Part shown: piece by piece, positions 1 through 7,878 of the stretch
How the letters are laid out: every line of letters begins with the position of its first letter
How positions within the stretch are numbered: position 1 is the stretch's first letter
Assembly: GCF_057098645.1 (NCBI RefSeq)
Contig: NZ_CM169472.1
Length of the DNA stretch: 64,000 nt
Reading direction: 5' to 3' (one strand)
Notes under the pieces: generated by a model
Told to the model about the DNA's origin: nothing
The model's input: only the letters and a program-made list of their open reading frames with translations
The model's database searches: none
Translations under genes and position numbers: made by a program

Positions 1-515
1 TAATCCGCCTCCTGATTGTGTTCGGATGCCGGACGGTAGAACTGAGGTTATCGGAGATCAGCGAGTGGGATTTTACCGAAATGCTCTGGACCGTGCCGAA
101 AGAACACAGCAAAACGAAGGTGGCAATATTCCGGCCCATACCGGAAGCAATACTGCCGTTCGTCACGCAGCTGGTGGAGCAGAACAGGCACACGGGTTTA
201 TTGCTGGGGGAAGTGAAACAGGAAACAAGCGTGTCGCAGTACGGCAGATTAGCGCATAGGAGGCTAAATCACCCTCACTGGTCACTACATGACATCCGGC
301 GCACCTTTACAACGATGCTGAACGATTTAGGCGTGGATCCTCACGTCGTGGAGCAGCTTACAGGCCACCAGATGCCAGGAATGCAGCGAGTTTATAATCA
401 TTCCCGTTATCTGGATGCTAAACGCAATGCGCTGGATATGTGGACGGAGCGGTTAGGGATACTGGCGGGAACACATGAAAACGTAACCACGCTACCAGTA
501 GCCAGAAGAAAATAA
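1..515 (+). CDS. int: Tyrosine recombinase/integrase, P4-type, 3' part only (5' end is outside the window)
   Basis: Frame is open from the window edge. C-terminal catalytic motifs HDIRRT and RVYNHSRY fit the R-H-R-Y tyrosine recombinase fold. Confidence 0.85.
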   Translation, partial: IRLLIVFGCRTVELRLSEISEWDFTEMLWTVPKEHSKTKVAIFRPIPEAILPFVTQLVEQNRHTGLLLGEVKQETSVSQYGRLAHRRLNHPHWSLHDIRRTFTTMLNDLGVDPHVVEQLTGHQMPGMQRVYNHSRYLDAKRNALDMWTERLGILAGTHENVTTLPVARRK

Positions 516-550
516 TTTTTTTCGTGTTTTTTCAGCATGCGCATACTGGA

Positions 551-610
551 TATGCGAACAGATACAACGTGCAACAATGAGCAACAATGTGGAACAACCA
601 CGAACAAGAG
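551..610. promoter_or_regulatory. Phased AACAA repeats at 10-bp spacing (reverse complement of TTGTT) between int and alpA
   Basis: gcAACAAtga / gcAACAAtgt / ggAACAAcca / cgAACAAgag at 571-610, with a weaker upstream unit. 591-607 is the near-exact reverse complement of 5871-5893. Confidence 0.4.
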
Positions 611-879
611 GCGAAAAAGCGTACGGATTTATAAGTAGCTGATTTTTAATGCGTTACTGGTTTTTTATACACTAGCGAATCACTCTTTAAAGAGCGAGAA
701 AAAAGGCATGAAACAATATTTTATGCCTTTGTATTAACATGAATTTAAAAGATTTTATTCTTACTGTTTCATTTTCTGTAAATCATACATCCTCAGTATT
801 TGCCATTCATCACTCTAGCGGGAACAATACGACACAATAAGACACCTGATGACTCTTTAAGAAACGAAAGGGGGCAATA

Positions 880-1068
880 GTGTTAAGCACTGATCGGTTT
901 ATACGTGAAAAAGAATGCGAAAAACTAACCGGCCTTAGCCGTACGTGTCGCTACCGCCTGGAAAAGGCCGGACAATTCCCATCACGTCGTAAACTTGGCG
1001 GTCGTTCCGTTGGCTGGTCTTTATCCGAGGTTCTGGCCTGGAAGGATAGCTGCAAGGCAGTTCATTAA
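880..1068 (+). CDS. alpA: AlpA-family phage regulatory protein (excisionase-like HTH)
   Basis: 62 aa; GTG start with AGGGGG RBS; sequence LSTDRFIREKECEKLTGLSRTCRYRLEKAGQFP...WSLSEVLAW is typical of AlpA. Confidence 0.8.
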   Translation: MLSTDRFIREKECEKLTGLSRTCRYRLEKAGQFPSRRKLGGRSVGWSLSEVLAWKDSCKAVH

Positions 1069-1442
1069 TCACGCTGGCGGCACGCAGCCGCCACACATCA
1101 ATCATCTGAACACAGAGCTATAACCATGAAGATTGAATATACGCCAGAACGTAGGCGGGGATTCGTTCGCCCTGGTGAAACTGAAAAACAACAAAATTGG
1201 GGTTTTTCAGGCATAACAAAAAGCGCCCAGTTACCTGAGCGCCTTTGTGAACGATTAACCTGCTGCACAAAAAATAAATATGAGCATTGGAATTATATCA
1301 ACTGTGTGAAGAAGCGCCACAATTGCCGGATTACAGGCAAAAAAAATGCGACCTATGATGGTCGCAAAAATATGATATACATGTTGATTACACTATGCAT
1401 CGACAACGATGCCACATTTTTGGCTGGTTGGCAAATCTGTCA

Positions 1443-1628
1443 TCAGGGCGGACAACAACGCCACGATCTCATCTTTCTTGGGCAATTTTTAAGAAAATCC
1501 TCAAGGGCAAATCTTTTTGGCCTTGCTTCCTGTTCATGGTCAGGCATTTCATCCATTTCTCTTAATTTTTTTTCTACCTGTCTTTCAAGTATGGATAATG
1601 CGATTTCCCGTAATTCTTCGTTGTTCAT
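1443..1628 (-). CDS. Hypothetical small acidic protein
   Basis: 61-aa ORF with AGGAG RBS 7 nt upstream of the ATG; no recognisable family. Confidence 0.35.
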   Translation of the reverse strand: MNNEELREIALSILERQVEKKLREMDEMPDHEQEARPKRFALEDFLKNCPRKMRSWRCCPP

Positions 1629-1685
1629 TGTCTACTCCTGTAAAGAAATGCGCCGTAGTTCCTCACACCACGGCGCTGATAGTGA

Positions 1686-1883
1686 TTATTCTGATTCTTT
1701 GGCCTTCCGGCGCTGTTCATATTTTAATTTGCGTCCACAGGCATCTAAGACCCATGCGGAAAAATTAGCACTAGGATTAGTTAATTTTTCTTGTTCAACG
1801 CTGGCATCAATCCCATCTATAAGCTCATGTGGGAATCGAATATTTTTCTTTGCTGATTTGTTGTTTTTGTTACCGCTAGACAT
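1686..1883 (-). CDS. Small putative DNA-binding regulator, possibly ribbon-helix-helix; candidate island repressor
   Basis: 65 aa; GAGGT RBS; transcribed divergently from the icd-rep operon, facing a promoter region with three TGTGCGCACA palindromes. Confidence 0.45.
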   Translation of the reverse strand: MSSGNKNNKSAKKNIRFPHELIDGIDASVEQEKLTNPSANFSAWVLDACGRKLKYEQRRKAKESE

Positions 1884-1911
1884 TGATGCACCTCACTTAA
1901 ATGGACTTTAT

Positions 1912-1990
1912 GGGCGCACACAATACAGTAAAAAAAATGAGATGTTAAGTATTGACATGTGCGCACACATGATTTTAATCTGTGCGCACA
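1912..1990. promoter_or_regulatory. Divergent promoter/operator region with three copies of the palindrome TGTGCGCACA
   Basis: GGGCGCACAC at 1912-1921, TGTGCGCACA at 1958-1967 and 1981-1990; TTGACA at 1952-1957 with a -10-like TTTAAT/TTAATC 15-17 bp downstream, reading rightward. Confidence 0.45.
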
Positions 1991-2088
1991 GTTTGAGTTT
2001 TGTTACTCAAATTAAGCAACGCCCCGCAGTGCTCGCAACACATGCAGGGCGTCTAACCACCAACGATAGCAACAGTATCGAGGCAGCT

Positions 2089-2295
2089 ATGAGAAATCAT
2101 ACCACACACCCGCAAGGGCGGGACTCGCACAACCTGAATAAATACATCTGGCGTTTTATCGCCCTGAGCACGGCACAACCGCGCGTGATTACCATTGAGG
2201 CCACCAGCGAACAGGAAGCACGCCAGCAATCTCCGGCTGGCTGCGTGATGGTATTCGCTGCCCGTATTCGTCAGGAGGTGTGCCATGTGCAATAA
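2089..2295 (+). CDS. Icd-like host cell division inhibitor family protein
   Basis: 68 aa; GAGGCAG RBS; motif KYIWRFIAL...ATSEQEARQ...VFAARI recalled from Icd-like proteins of P4-like elements. The 389-aa ORF 1126..2295 in the same frame is read-through. Confidence 0.55.
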   Translation: MRNHTTHPQGRDSHNLNKYIWRFIALSTAQPRVITIEATSEQEARQQSPAGCVMVFAARIRQEVCHVQ

Positions 2296-2545
2296 CATCC
2301 GTCCGGACGCAGCCGCCGAAGCCATCATAACGCTAATGCACGCGCTGATTGATATTTCTGTTATCGCAGACATGGCGCATAAGCACGCCACCAGTGAAAC
2401 AGAATATGCCGGGGCTTTCGTTCCTCATTCGCTGGCGGTTATGCAACTTAGTGCGGATATGGCGCTGAATGAGGCCAAAGCCATCCTGATTGCTGATTGT
2501 GAAAATGGGGGGGGGTTATGCGTGATGATCGTTTTAATTCCCTGA
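2285..2545 (+). CDS. Hypothetical protein
   Basis: 86-aa ORF; its ATG overlaps the stop of the upstream gene. Confidence 0.35.
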   Translation: MCNNIRPDAAAEAIITLMHALIDISVIADMAHKHATSETEYAGAFVPHSLAVMQLSADMALNEAKAILIADCENGGGLCVMIVLIP

Positions 2546-2739
2546 AACAGGAATTTTCCGGCGTTCCTGATGATGCGGCTGATGCGCTTTCGTCAATATC
2601 TGAAATTATGCGGGTGGCTTTTTTCTTTCTTTGCACTGATGAGCACAGGGATACAGGGCTAAATATTCTTGATATTGCCGCTAACTATGCTGATTTCGTG
2701 ACAGAAGTTGTTTTAAGAAAAACGACGGACGGGGATTAA
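2518..2739 (+). CDS. Hypothetical protein
   Basis: 73-aa ORF in a tightly packed same-strand operon. Confidence 0.4.
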   Translation: MRDDRFNSLKQEFSGVPDDAADALSSISEIMRVAFFFLCTDEHRDTGLNILDIAANYADFVTEVVLRKTTDGD

Positions 2740-2740
2740 T

Positions 2741-2974
2741 ATGCGTGATATTTACCTTGAAACAATAGACCGCGCATTTCTTGCACTTTCTCACAGTGAA
2801 AACATGCTGGAAATATTGCGCATATGGCTTGACACGCTTGGAGATAATGAACGCGACAAACAAAAATCAAGAATTGCCACGGCATTAATAACGCTACTTG
2901 AGCCTGTAATAATGGAACTGCAAAAAATAGATCTATTGCACGACAGATATAAAGAACAGCACACCGGAGAATAA
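2741..2974 (+). CDS. Hypothetical protein
   Basis: 77-aa ORF starting 2 nt after the upstream stop. Confidence 0.45.
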   Translation: MRDIYLETIDRAFLALSHSENMLEILRIWLDTLGDNERDKQKSRIATALITLLEPVIMELQKIDLLHDRYKEQHTGE

Positions 2975-2979
2975 AAATA

Positions 2980-3279
2980 ATGAAACTTAAATATTCTGGC
3001 TTAACTGCCAGTGGCAACACTCACCCTAAATTTACGCGCGGTGATATTTACCGCGACCAGTACGGCGGCACGGTAATGATTAAGGGCGTGGCGGGACGGT
3101 GCGTAACTTACCGCCGTGAAGGTTACGAATATGATTGCGTGATGCCTGTTTATCAGTTCCGGCGTGATTTTTCTCTGGTACAGACCGCGCCGCATAACGT
3201 GCCCACCAGCAACGCCAGGGCACGGGCAAACATCCAGAAGCTGAAAACCATGATTAACGGATTCAGGGGCAAGAAATGA
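2980..3279 (+). CDS. Hypothetical protein
   Basis: 99-aa ORF; its stop overlaps the rep start (ATGA). Confidence 0.45.
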   Translation: MKLKYSGLTASGNTHPKFTRGDIYRDQYGGTVMIKGVAGRCVTYRREGYEYDCVMPVYQFRRDFSLVQTAPHNVPTSNARARANIQKLKTMINGFRGKK

Positions 3280-4676
3280 AAAGCGCACCGAACTTAAAAA
3301 AACAGCCTTACGACAAGATGACCGAAGTCATTATTTTTGCGGGTAGTGATGCCTGGGCACATGCGAAACAGTGGCAGGAACAGGACGGGCGACTGGCTGG
3401 CGATAATGTGCCTCCCGTTGTGCTGGCTGATGATCAACTGGATGAACTGGCAGACCTGATAATCATCGACGAGGGGCGCTATTGTGTCCGGCTGTACAAG
3501 GCAGGCCACATCAGGCCATCAAATATTAATGCCATTGCGCACAAGCTGGCGGCGGCGGGTGTAACTGATGCGAATTATTACCCCGAAGGGATGCACAGCC
3601 ATATGCGGGAGAACTGGCGCGAATACCTGGAACGGGTGCGCGGGAAAGAGCCGGCGGAAGAAAAAAACCACCAGCGAAAAACCACGCTACCGATGAGCGT
3701 TGGATCTACCGGATACGACACGCAACTGGATTACGTGGTTAAGGGGATTATTCCGGCGGTATCGCTATGCAGCATATACGGGGCTAGCGGGTCCTATAAA
3801 TCATTCCTTGCCGGATCGTGGGCGTGCCATGTTGCCACTGGTCGCCAGTGGGGAGGCCGCAGGGTTGCACATGGTGCGGTTCTCTATGTGGTTGGTGAAG
3901 GCGGTATAGGTGTTCCGCGTCGTGTAAAAGCCTGGGAGGTTGTGCACGATGAGCAGGTGAAAAATCTGTATCTGGTAAACCGCCCCATCTTTCCGGCTGC
4001 CCCGCTTGATGTTGATGAAATGGTTATCGCTGCCCGTCAGGTGGAGCGGGAAACGGGTAAACCTGTACGCATGATTATTCTGGATACGCTGGCGCGTTGC
4101 TTTGGTGGGAATGATGAAAATGATTCCCGTGATATGGGGGCGTTTATCCGTGGTTGTGACGAACTGAAACGACGCACAGGGGCCACGGTGCTGGTGGTTC
4201 ACCATTCCGGCAAGGATGAGACGAAAGGCGCGCGCGGTTCCAGTGCATTTCGTGCTTCGCTGGATGCTGAATACCGGATACGCAGGGAGGACGCAGGAAG
4301 CGAAGCGCTGGTTATCTCATGCACCAAAATGAAGGACGCGGAGGAACTCAAAGAAGCCGCATATGACTTACGCGTGGTGGAGCTTTTTACCGACGCTGAC
4401 GGTGAATTAATCACGTCGCTGGTGGTGGTGGATGATCCGCGCCCTCCTGTTGAACTGGAGCGCATCGAGGAGGCAGGGAACAAGACGGAAAACCATACCG
4501 CGCTATGGCAGTGCATCAGAACACGAACAGCACACGGGGAGGCGTGCACTATCGCCCTTCTCCGCGACGATATGAAAAAGCTGGGGTATGAGATGAAGCA
4601 CTTCCGGCGCTGGCTGTACAAGCTGGAAAATGATGGCGTAATCGTTATTGACGGTGATGACGTGCGCCCGCTGTAA
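3276..4676 (+). CDS. Replication protein, AAA_25/RepA-like RecA-fold ATPase (putative helicase)
   Basis: 466 aa; Walker A-like GASGSYKS; downstream ILDTLARCFGG...VLVVHHSGKDETKGARGSSA block typical of AAA_25 replication ATPases; iteron array immediately downstream. Confidence 0.75.
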   Translation: MKSAPNLKKQPYDKMTEVIIFAGSDAWAHAKQWQEQDGRLAGDNVPPVVLADDQLDELADLIIIDEGRYCVRLYKAGHIRPSNINAIAHKLAAAGVTDANYYPEGMHSHMRENWREYLERVRGKEPAEEKNHQRKTTLPMSVGSTGYDTQLDYVVKGIIPAVSLCSIYGASGSYKSFLAGSWACHVATGRQWGGRRVAHGAVLYVVGEGGIGVPRRVKAWEVVHDEQVKNLYLVNRPIFPAAPLDVDEMVIAARQVERETGKPVRMIILDTLARCFGGNDENDSRDMGAFIRGCDELKRRTGATVLVVHHSGKDETKGARGSSAFRASLDAEYRIRREDAGSEALVISCTKMKDAEELKEAAYDLRVVELFTDADGELITSLVVVDDPRPPVELERIEEAGNKTENHTALWQCIRTRTAHGEACTIALLRDDMKKLGYEMKHFRRWLYKLENDGVIVIDGDDVRPL

Positions 4677-4878
4677 AAAGTGGGGAGTAAAAGTGGGGAG
4701 AGCGGGGAATTTAACAAAATTGAAACATAATTACCCACTTTCCCACCTGTATATACCCAAAAAAGTGGGGAGTAAAAAATATATTGAAAAACATCACGTT
4801 AGAATCACAAAAAAAAGAGGTGGGGAGACGGTGGGTAATTTCAAAAAGTGGGGAGCAAAAGTGGGGAGTAGTGGGGAA
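4677..4878. repeat. Iteron array (candidate island replication origin)
   Basis: About ten copies of (A)AGTGGGGAG and variants (AGCGGGGAA, AGGTGGGGAG, ACGGTGGGTAA, one inverted copy CCCACTTTCCCACC) with AT-rich spacers, directly after the rep stop. Confidence 0.7.
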
Positions 4879-5129
4879 TGAACAGAAAAACCAGAGATAA
4901 GACAGCGCCAAAATATAAAGCGTTAGACATGACTGAGCACACCTTAAAGGTGGCAATCAGAACGATAGACCGCCACACGCGGGAAGGATACGCGAAGGAA
5001 CATCCCGACCTGATAAGCGCATTCATGACCACGGCGGCGGCAAACTTTGCCACGCTGACAGAACGGGAGATTGCCGAAGCGGAACAGGTAACAACCATCA
5101 ACGTTAAAACCGGAGAGGTGGAATTATGA
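4878..5129 (+). CDS. Hypothetical protein
   Basis: 83-aa ORF; translationally coupled to the downstream SSB-like gene (ATGA overlap). True start may be the internal ATG at 4929. Confidence 0.4.
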   Translation: MNRKTRDKTAPKYKALDMTEHTLKVAIRTIDRHTREGYAKEHPDLISAFMTTAAANFATLTEREIAEAEQVTTINVKTGEVEL

Positions 5130-5536
5130 CGGCACAGATAGCCGCTTACGGGCGGCTGGTGGACGACCCGCAGGTAAAACAGACCAGCAAGGGCACACCG
5201 ATGACGCTGGCGCGTATGGCGGTATCTTTGCCATGCAGCCAGGCACAGGACGGACAGGCGACGTTATGGTTATCGGTCATCGCATTTGGCAAACAGGCCG
5301 ACTTCCTGGCTAAACATCAAAAAGGCGATGTTGCCAGCGTATCCGGCACGATGCAGGTCAGCCAGTGGACCGGACAGAACGGAGAAACGCGGCAGGGCTG
5401 GCAGGTTATCGCAGACAGCGTAATCAGTGCCCGCGCGGCACGTCCAGGCGGGAACAGACGCAAAACCACAGGCACACAGGGTAATCAGCCACCAGCGGGA
5501 GGCGATGACCCTTACGGTGATGATATTTCGTTCTGA
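5126..5536 (+). CDS. ssb: Single-stranded DNA-binding protein-like
   Basis: 136 aa; GGAGAGGTGG RBS; Gly/Pro-rich linker and acidic C-terminal tip DDPYGDDISF resembling the DDDIPF tip of E. coli SSB. Confidence 0.6.
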   Translation: MTAQIAAYGRLVDDPQVKQTSKGTPMTLARMAVSLPCSQAQDGQATLWLSVIAFGKQADFLAKHQKGDVASVSGTMQVSQWTGQNGETRQGWQVIADSVISARAARPGGNRRKTTGTQGNQPPAGGDDPYGDDISF

Positions 5537-5546
5537 GGGGGTGACG

Positions 5547-5819
5547 ATGGTACATGACCGCATAGCGGAGGAACTGGAGGCGAAAGGCTTTTACCGGAGG
5601 GCGGCGGCGCGATGGGGTGAAGTCATGCAGCTGGTGGAGACAGACAAGGAACGGCATCATATCACGATGCGACGGCTGGAATGTTCCAGGAAGGCACAGA
5701 GGCCACCGGAGCCGCCGGATAATTACGGAGACCTGAAAAAGGCGGTCGATCGCACTTATGCCGAAATGGGTATGGATGGTGCTGGTGATGAAATATGGCG
5801 AAATTACCAGGACAGATAA
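5547..5819 (+). CDS. perC: PerC-family transcriptional regulator-like protein
   Basis: 90 aa; strong GAGGGGGTGA RBS; N-terminus MVHDRIAEELEAKGFYRRAAARW is characteristic of PerC-family proteins. Confidence 0.55.
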   Translation: MVHDRIAEELEAKGFYRRAAARWGEVMQLVETDKERHHITMRRLECSRKAQRPPEPPDNYGDLKKAVDRTYAEMGMDGAGDEIWRNYQDR

Positions 5820-5825
5820 TCACAC

Positions 5826-5848
5826 AGCCGGAGCAATCCGGCTTTTTG
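5826..5848 (+). terminator. Rho-independent terminator after perC
   Basis: Stem AGCCGGA / TCCGGCT with loop GCAA, followed by TTTTT. Confidence 0.5.
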
Positions 5849-5866
5849 TCATGTTTTGTAAATTAT

Positions 5867-5896
5867 TTGTTCGTGGTTGTTCCACGTTGTTCACTG
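5867..5896 (+). promoter_or_regulatory. Three TTGTTC repeats at exact 10-bp phasing upstream of the capsid operon
   Basis: TTGTTcgtgg / TTGTTccacg / TTGTTcactg; related copies at 551-610 (inverted) and 13331-13360. Confidence 0.45.
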
Positions 5897-5949
5897 AGTG
5901 GATCGGCATATTTTACCCGAACTGAATCATGATTATTCTCGCCCGTGGT

Positions 5950-6107
5950 GCCAGGACGCTGGGGCCATTTTCCCGCCTGTTAATGTGCTCGCCAATATTC
6001 ATTACCAGGCGGGAAAACGATCGGTGCGATTACTGATTTCCTTATGAAAAACGGTTGAGTGTTTGCCGCGTCCTGGAGTTCCTTACTTAACCCCAGGACT
6101 TTTTTTT
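5950..6107 (+). promoter_or_regulatory. Structured leader of the capsid operon with alternative terminator/antiterminator pairing
   Basis: 12-bp inverted repeat 5968-5979 / 6006-6017; terminator-like hairpin GTCCTGG...CCAGGAC at 6070-6099 plus a T8 run ending at the capsid ATG; 5951-5959 (CCAGGACGC) is perfectly complementary to 6068-6076 (GCGTCCTGG). Confidence 0.4.
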
Positions 6108-7265
6108 ATGCCGAGAATAATCGAATTACGCCAGCAGAAAACCGCCATTAAAAATCAGATGCGCGACATGCTGGAGAACGCGGAAAAAGAAAACCGCAGC
6201 CTTAACGATGCAGAGGGCGCAAAATTTGACGAATTACGCGCTAAAGCTGAATCCCTCGATAAAGACATTTCCCGCCTTGAAGCCATTGCAGACGAAGAGC
6301 GCAGCAAGCCAGGTAAAAGCAGTCAGACCACTGACCCCGCAGAACTCCGCAACTACATTCTGACAGGTGAAACCCGCGCATTAAGTACAGGCGTTCCCGC
6401 TGATGGTGGTTATACCGTTATCCCTGAACTGAACACCGAAATCATGCGAATGCTGGCGGATGAATCCACCATGCGCCGCATCTGTACCGTGAAGAAAATC
6501 AGCAGCAACGAGTTTAAGCAGCTTGTTTCCGCTGGCGGTGCGACCGTTAACCACGGTGAAGAGGGTAAGGCACGCGAACAGACCAGCACCCCGCAGATTA
6601 ACGAGGTGAGCATCAAGCTGTATCCGGTCTATGCGTACCCGCGCACCACACAGGAAATCGTGGATTTTTCCGATGTGGACATCCTTTCATGGCTGACGGG
6701 TGAGATTGGCGACACCTTCACGGAAACCGAAGAAAGCGATCTGGTTGTGGGCGACGGTGACAAAAAAGCAAAAGGTTTTTTATCCGTACCCCGTGCAGAG
6801 AAGAACGACAAAGAGCGTGATTTTGGTACGTTGCAGGTAATTAAACCTTCCGAATCTCTGGCGTGGACATCTGCGGACCCGCTGATCGACCTGAAATTTG
6901 CATTACGTAAAAAATACCGCAAAAACGCGGTCTGGGTGGTTAACTCCACGACGGCGGCAAAACTTCAGAAGGTGAAGAACGCGAACGGTGATTATATCTG
7001 GCGCGACCGTTTACAGGCGGGTGATCCTGATACGTTGCTGGGCCTTCCGGTCGAATATCTGGAGTTTATGCCTGATAACGTTATTGCCCTGGGTGACTTC
7101 AAACGCGGTTACTACATTGTTGATCACGAAACAGGTGTTCGCACCAGACCGGACAACCTGACAGAACCAGGATTCATCAAAATTTTCACGCAAAAATATT
7201 TAGGCGGTGGCGTGGTGGATTCGAACGCGATCAAGATTCTGGAACTGCCGGAAGACGACGATTAA
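6108..7265 (+). CDS. Major capsid protein, HK97 family
   Basis: N-terminal coiled-coil scaffold-like segment (ELRQQKTAIKNQMRDMLENAEKE...) followed by an HK97-fold body; ORF frame is open from 6063, ATG at 6108. Confidence 0.85.
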   Translation: MPRIIELRQQKTAIKNQMRDMLENAEKENRSLNDAEGAKFDELRAKAESLDKDISRLEAIADEERSKPGKSSQTTDPAELRNYILTGETRALSTGVPADGGYTVIPELNTEIMRMLADESTMRRICTVKKISSNEFKQLVSAGGATVNHGEEGKAREQTSTPQINEVSIKLYPVYAYPRTTQEIVDFSDVDILSWLTGEIGDTFTETEESDLVVGDGDKKAKGFLSVPRAEKNDKERDFGTLQVIKPSESLAWTSADPLIDLKFALRKKYRKNAVWVVNSTTAAKLQKVKNANGDYIWRDRLQAGDPDTLLGLPVEYLEFMPDNVIALGDFKRGYYIVDHETGVRTRPDNLTEPGFIKIFTQKYLGGGVVDSNAIKILELPEDDD

Positions 7266-7275
7266 CAGCATACAG

Positions 7276-7304
7276 AAGGGGCTTAAAAGCCCCTTTAGTG
7301 TTTT
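7276..7304 (+). terminator. Rho-independent terminator between the capsid and protease genes
   Basis: GGGGC-ttaaaa-GCCCC hairpin followed by TTTAGTGTTTT. Confidence 0.5.
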
Positions 7305-7877
7305 ATGGGTGAAAAAATTATGAAGAGTATGGAAATCCGGTCATCGGAAATCACCACCAGCGCCAGCAACACGCTTACAGGCTACGTTGTTCGCTGGGAT
7401 AACCTTTCTGATCTGCTATGGGGTGAGTTTTACGAAAAATTCCAGCGGGGAGCGTTTACTGAATGGCTTGCGGCGGGTAATGACGTTCGCGGCCTGTATG
7501 AGCATGACCACAGCATGTTACTGGGGCGCACCCGTTCCGGCACGCTGAAACTGGAAGAGGACGAAACAGGGTTACGCTTTGAACTGACCCCACCGGATAC
7601 CAGTACAGGGCGCGACGTTATCGAACTGGTTAAGCGTGGGGACATCTCGGGGATGAGCTTTGGCTTTCGCTCCCGTAAGGATGTATGGGATACCACAACA
7701 GATCCATGCGTGCGCACCGTGCTGGTGGCGGAACTGTACGAAATTACCGTTACATCGGTACCGGCTTACCCCGATTCCGGCGTGGAGCTGGCCCGCCGTT
7801 CCCTGTATGAGCAGCACCCCGAAAAAATGCCGCGTGCGGATAATCGCCGCTGGTGGGCGGATTTAGCGGGGGTGTGA
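7305..7877 (+). CDS. Prohead maturation protease, HK97 family
   Basis: 190 aa; conserved blocks GYVVRWDNLSD, DVRGLYEHDHSMLLGRT, GDISGMSFGF. Start could be one of three closely spaced ATGs. Confidence 0.8.
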   Translation: MGEKIMKSMEIRSSEITTSASNTLTGYVVRWDNLSDLLWGEFYEKFQRGAFTEWLAAGNDVRGLYEHDHSMLLGRTRSGTLKLEEDETGLRFELTPPDTSTGRDVIELVKRGDISGMSFGFRSRKDVWDTTTDPCVRTVLVAELYEITVTSVPAYPDSGVELARRSLYEQHPEKMPRADNRRWWADLAGV

Positions 7878-7878
7878 T

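Noticed and set aside
1126..2295. 389-aa ORF spanning the alpA-rep interval
   Set aside because: Low-complexity translation that overlaps two well-supported minus-strand genes and a promoter region. Only its last 68 codons, from ATG 2089 with an RBS, look like a real gene (Icd-like).
3801..4738. Antisense ORFs within rep (3801..4205 and 4199..4738, minus strand)
   Set aside because: Serine/arginine-rich low-complexity translations lying entirely inside a well-supported ATPase gene.
4677..4878. Repeat array considered as a possible CRISPR
   Set aside because: Units are 9-11 bp with irregular spacers, there are no cas genes, and the array sits directly after a replication initiator gene. It is an iteron origin.
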